A DNA stretch of 64,000 nt. It comes from Eledone cirrhosa (taxonomy: Eukaryota). Shown piece after piece: positions 57,901 through 64,000 of the stretch; positions within the stretch are counted from its first letter, which is position 1, and each line of letters begins with the position of its first letter. The translations under genes were made by a program, and so were the position numbers. Under the pieces are notes generated by a model. That model ran no database searches and had not been told where the DNA came from. It saw only the letters and a list, made by a program, of their open reading frames with translations. The stretch is from positions 124,001 through 188,000 of the forward strand of contig CAXHJY010000738.1 in NCBI GenBank assembly GCA_964016885.1, read 5' to 3'.

Positions 57901-60780
57901 GTAGGTATATTACAGTACAGTAGATATATTACAGTACAGTAGGTATATTACAGTACACTAGGTATATTACAGTACAGTAGGTATATTACAGTACAGTAGA
58001 TATATTGCAGTACAGTAGGTATATTACTGTACAGTAGGGATAATACAGTACAGTAGATATGTTACAGTACAGTAGGTATATTACAGTACAGTAGGTATAT
58101 TACAGTACAGTAGACATATTACAGTACAGTATGTATATTACAGTACAGTAGGTATATTACAGTACAGTAGGTATAATACAGTAAAGTAGATATATTACAG
58201 TACAGAAGATATATTACAGTACAGAAGATATATTACAGTACAGTAGATAGATTACAGTACAGTAGATATATTACAGTACAGTAGGTATATTACAGTACAG
58301 TAGATATATTACAGTACAGTAGGTATATTATAGTACAGTAGGTATATTACAGTACAGTAGATATATTACAGTACAGAAGATATATTACAGTACAGTAGAT
58401 AGATTACAGTACAGTATATATATTACAGTACAGTAGGTATATTACAGTACAGTAGATATATTACAGTACAGTAGGTATATTATAGTACAGTAGGTATATT
58501 ACAGTACAGTAGGTATATTACAGTACAGTAGGTATAATACAGTAAAGTAGGTATATTACAGTACAGTATGTATATTACAGTACAGTAGGTATATTACAGT
58601 ACAGTAGGTATAATACAGTAAAGTAGATATATTACAGTACAGAAGATATATTACAGTACAGAAGATATATTACAGTACAGTAGATAGATTACAGTACAGT
58701 AGATATATTACAGTACAGTAGGTATATTACAGTACAGTGGATATATTACAGTACAGTAGGTATATTATAGTACAGTAGGTATATTACAGTACAGTAGATA
58801 TATTACAGTACAGAAGATATATTACAGTACAGTAGATAGATTACAGTACAGTATATATATTACAGTACAGTAGGTATATTACAGTACAGTAGATATATTA
58901 CAGTACAGTAGGTATATTATAGTACAGTAGGTATATTACAGTACAGTAGATATATTACAGTACAGTAGGTATATTACAGTACAGTAGATAGAGTACAGTA
59001 CAGTAGATATATTACAGTACAGTAGGTATATTACAGTACAGTAGGTATATTACAGTACAGTATGTATATTACAGTACAGTAGGTATATTACAGTACAGTA
59101 GGTATATTACAGTACAGTAGGTATATTACAGTACAGTAGGTATATTACAGTACAGTAGATATATTACAGTACAATAGGTATATTACAGTACAGTAGGTAT
59201 ATTACAGTACAGTAGGTATATTACAGTACAGTAGGTATATTACAGTACAGTAGATATATTACAGTACAGTAGATATATTACAGTACAGTAGATAGATTAC
59301 AGTACAGTAGATATATTACAGTACAGTAGGTATATTACAGTACAGTAGATATATTACAGTACAGTAGGTATATTATAGTACAGTAGGTATATTACAGTAC
59401 AGTAGGTATATTACAGTACAGTAGGTATAATACAGTAAAGTAGGTATATTACAGTACAGAAGGTATATTACACTACAGTAGGTATAATACAATACAGTAG
59501 GTATATTACAGTACAGTAGGTATATTACAGTACAGTAGGTATGTTACAGTACAGTAGGTATATTACAGTACAGTAGGTATATTACAGTACAGTAGGTATA
59601 TTACAGTACAGTAGGTATATTACAGTACAGTAGATATATTACAGTACAGTAGGTATATTACAGTACAGTAGGTATATTACAGTACAGTAGATAGAGTACA
59701 GTACAGTAGATATATTACAGTACAGTAGGTATATTACAGTACAGTAGGTATAATACAGTACAGTAGGTATATTACAGTACAGTAGGTTTATTACAGTACA
59801 GTAGGTATATTACAGTACAGTAGGTATATTACAGTACAGTAGGTATATTACAGTACAGTAGATATATTGCAGTACAGTAGGTATATTACAGTAAAGTAGA
59901 TAGATTACAGTACATTAGATATATTACAGTACAGTAGATATATTACAGTACAATAGGTATATTACAGTACAGTAGGTATATTACAGTACAGTAGATATAT
60001 TACAGTACAGTAGGTATATTACAGTACAGTAGATACATTACAGTACAGTAGGTATATTACAGTACAGTCGATATAATACAGTACAGTAGGTATATTACAG
60101 TACAGTAGGTATATTACAGTACAGTCGATATAATACAGTACAGTAGATATATTACAGTACAGTAGGTATATTACAGTACAGTTGGTATATTACAGTACAG
60201 TAGGTATATTACAGTACAGTAGGTATATTACAGTACAGTAGGTATATTACAGTACAGTAGGTATATTACAGTACACTAGGTATATTACAGTACAGTAGGT
60301 ATATTACAGTACAGTAGATATATTACAGTACAGTAGGTATAATACCATACAGTAGGTATATTACAGTACAGTAGGTATATTACAGTACAGTAGGTATAAT
60401 ACAGTACAGTAGATATATTACAGTACAGTAGGTATATTACACTACAGTAGGTATATTACAGTACAGTAGGTATATTAAAGTACAGTAGGTATAATACAGT
60501 ACAGTAGGTATATTACAGTACAGTAGGTATATTACAGTACAGTAGATATAATACAGTACAGTAGATATATTGCAGTACAGTAGGTATATTACTGTACAGT
60601 AGGTATATTACAGTACAGTAGATATATTAAAGTACAGTAGTTATATTACAGTACAGTAGGTATATTACAGTACAGTAGGTATATTACAGTACAGTAGATA
60701 TATTACAGTACAGTAGGTATAATACAGTACAGTAGGTATATTACAGTACAGTAGGTATATTACAGTACAGTAGGTATATT
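54960..60780. repeat. Tandem duplication, period 2,888 bp (exactly 152 monomers)
   Basis: GGGATAAT 55149/58037, ACAATAC 56601/59489, GTCGAT 57179/60067, AAAGTACAGTAGTT 57741/60629. Confidence 0.88.
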
Positions 60781-61799
60781 ACACTACAGTAGGTATATTA
60801 CACTACAGTAGGTATATTACAGTACAGTAGGTATATTACACTACAGTAGGTATATTACAGTACAGTAGGTATATTAAAGTACAGTAGGTATAATACAGTA
60901 CAGTAGGTATATTACAGTACAGTAGGTATATTACAGTACAGTAGATATAATACAGTACAGTAGATATATTACAGTACAGTAGGTATATTACAGTACAGTA
61001 GGTATATTACAGTACAGTAGGTATAATACAGTACAGTAGGTATATTACAGTACAGTAGGTATATTACAGTACAGTAGGTATATTACAGTACAGTAGGTAT
61101 ATTACAGTACGGTAGGTATATTACAATACAGTAGGTATATTACAGTACAGTAAATAGATTACAGTACAGTAGATATATTACAGTACAGTAGGTATATTAC
61201 AGTACAGTAGGTATATTATAGTACAGTAGATATATTACAGTACAGTAGGTATATTACAGTACAGTAGATATATTACAGTACAGTAGATATATTACAGTAC
61301 AGTAGGTATATTACAGTACAGTAGGTATATTACAGTACATTAGGTATATTACAGTACAGTAGGTATAATACAGTACAGTAGATATATTACAGTACAGTAG
61401 GTATATTACAGTACAGTAGGTATATTACAGTACAGTAGATATATTACAGTACAGTAGGTATATTACGGTACAGTAGGTATGTTACAGTACAGTAGGTATA
61501 TTACAGTACAGTAGGTATATTACAGTACAGTAGGTATATTACAGTACAGTAGGTATATTACAGTACAGTAGATATATTACAGTACAGTAGGTATATTACA
61601 GTACAGTAGATTTATTACAGTACAGTAGATAGAGTACAGTACAGTAGATATAATACAGTACAGTAGGTGTATTACAGTACAGTAGGTATATTACAGTACA
61701 ATAGGTATATTACAGTACAGTAGGTATATTACAGTACAGTAGGTATATTACAGTACAGTAGATATATTACAGTACAGTAGGTATATTACAGTACAGTAG

Positions 61800-64000
61800 A
61801 TAGATTACAGTACAGTAGATATATTACAGTACAGTAGATATATTACAGTACAGTAGGTATATTACAGTACAGTAGATATATTACAGTACAGTAGGTATAT
61901 TACAGTACATTAGATATATTACAGTACAGTAGGTATATTACAGTGCAGTAGGTATATTACAGTACAGTAGGTATATTACAGTACAGTAGATATATTACAG
62001 TACAGTAGGTATAATACAGTACAGTAGGTATATTACAGTACAGTAGGTATATTACAGTACAGTAGGTATATTACAGTACACTAGTTATAATACAGTACAG
62101 TAGGTATATTACATTACAGTAGTTATAATACAGTACAGTAGGTATATTACAGTACAGTAGGTATATTACAGTACAGTAGGTATATTACAGTACAGTAGGT
62201 ATATTACAGTACAGTAGGTATATTACAGTACAGTAGATATAATATAATACAGTAGATATATTACAGTACAGTAGGTATATTACAGTACAGTAGGTATATT
62301 ACAGTACAGTAGGTATATTACAGTACAGTAGGTATATTACACTACAGTAGATATATTACAGTACAGTAGGTATATTACAGTACAGTAGGTATAATACCAT
62401 ACAGTAGGTATATTACAGTACAGTAGGTATATTACAGTACAGTAGGTATAATACAGTACAGTAGATATATTACAGTACAGTAGGTATATTACAGTACAGT
62501 AGATATATTACAGTACAGTAGATATATTACAGTACAGTAGATATATTACAGTACAGTAGGTATATTACAGTACAGTAGATAGATTACAGTACAGTAGATA
62601 GATTACAGTACAGTAGGTATATTACAGTACAGTAGATAGATTACAGTACAGTAGATATATTACAGTACAGTAGGTATATTACAGTACAGTAGGTATATTA
62701 CAGTACAGTAGGTATATTACAGTACAGTAGATATATTACAGTACAGTAGGTATATTACAGTACAGTATGTATATTACAGTACAGTAGGTATATTACAGTA
62801 CAGTAGGTATATTACAGTACAGTAGGTATAATACAGTACAGTAGGTATATTACAGTACAGTAGGTATATTACAGTACAGTAGGTATATTACAGTACAGTA
62901 GGTATAATACAGTTCAGTAGGTATAATACAGTACAGTAGGTATATTACAGTACAGTAGATATATTACAGTACAGTAGATATATTACAGTACAGTAGATAT
63001 ATTACAGTACAGTAGGTATATTACAGTACAGTAGATATATTACAGTACAGTAGGTATATTACAGTACATTAGATATATTACAGTACAGTAGGTATATTAC
63101 AGTGCAGTAGGTATATTACAGTACAGTAGGTATATTACAGTACAGTAGATATATTACAGTACAGTAGGTATAATACAGTACAGTAGGTATATTACAGTAC
63201 AGTAGGTATATTACAGTACAGTAGGTATATTACAGTACACTAGTTATAATACAGTACAGTAGGTATATTACATTACAGTAGTTATAATACAGTACAGTAG
63301 GTATATTACAGTACAGTAGGTATATTACAGTACAGTAGGTATATTACAGTACAGTAGGTATATTACAGTACAGTAGATATAATACAATACAGTAGATATA
63401 TTACAGTACAGTAGGTATATTACATTACAGTAGGTATATTACAGTACAGTAGGTATATTACAGTACAGTAGGTATATTACACTACAGTAGATATATTACA
63501 GTACAGTAGGTATATTACAGTACAGTAGGTATAATACCATACAGTAGGTATATTACAGTACAGTAGGTATATTACAGTACAGTAGGTATAATACAGTACA
63601 GTAGATATATTACAGTACAGTAGGTATATTACAGTACAGTAGATATATTACAGTACAGTAGATATATTACAGTACAGTAGATATATTACAGTACAGTAGG
63701 TATATTACAGTACAGTAGATAGATTACAGTACAGTAGATAGATTACAGTACAGTAGGTATATTACAGTACAGTAGATAGATTACAGTACAGTAGATATAT
63801 TACAGTACAGTAGGTATATTACAGTACAGTAGGTATATTACAGTACAGTAGGTATATTACAGTACAGTAGATATATTACAGTACAGTAGGTATATTACAG
63901 TACAGTATGTATATTACAGTACAGTAGGTATATTACAGTACAGTAGGTATATTACAGTACAGTAGGTATAATACAGTACAGTAGGTATATTACAGTACAG
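61800..64000. repeat. Tandem duplication, period 1,159 bp (61 monomers), running to the window end
   Basis: CAGTGCAG 61941/63100 and CTAGTTATAA 62081/63240. Confidence 0.8.

Larger units (their letters stand above)
19713..64000. repeat. 19-bp satellite array, segment 3 (44.3 kb with no foreign insert seen; continues past the window end)
   Basis: Continuous monomers in the same orientation. The ORF track shows nothing beyond 19769. Confidence 0.99.

Noticed and set aside
1-64000. CRISPR array
   Set aside because: Monomers abut directly, with no unique spacers and no cas genes. The only insert is a eukaryotic LINE fragment.
1-64000. Telomeric repeat (TAGG resembles TTAGG; mild G skew of 4 G to 2 C)
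   Set aside because: No G-tract. Heritable point variants copied in multi-kb blocks indicate recombinational amplification, not telomerase templating. A subtelomeric location cannot be excluded.

Overview
Eukaryotic (animal-like) heterochromatic window. About 96% (61,696 bp, roughly 3,250 monomers) is one unidirectional tandem array of a 19-bp AT-rich satellite, consensus TACAGTACAGTAGGTATAT. The array is interrupted by two apparently identical 1,152-bp inserts (13928-15079 and 18561-19712). Each is the 5'-truncated 3' end of a Tx1/L1-type non-LTR retrotransposon: the post-RT part of ORF2 with a CCHC zf-RVT knuckle, an intact reading frame, a structured 263-nt 3' UTR, AATAAA, no poly(A) tail, and a probable 14-bp target-site duplication ATATATTACAGTAC. 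The two copies look like one insertion that was later copied by a 4,633-bp tandem duplication of the satellite. Rare monomer variants reveal nested higher-order duplications (periods 437, 456, 475, 532, 1045, 1159, 1530, 2888, 4633, 4645 and about 5.8 kb). No host genes, RNA genes or CRISPR arrays are supported. All comparisons were made by eye, so duplication boundaries are approximate.
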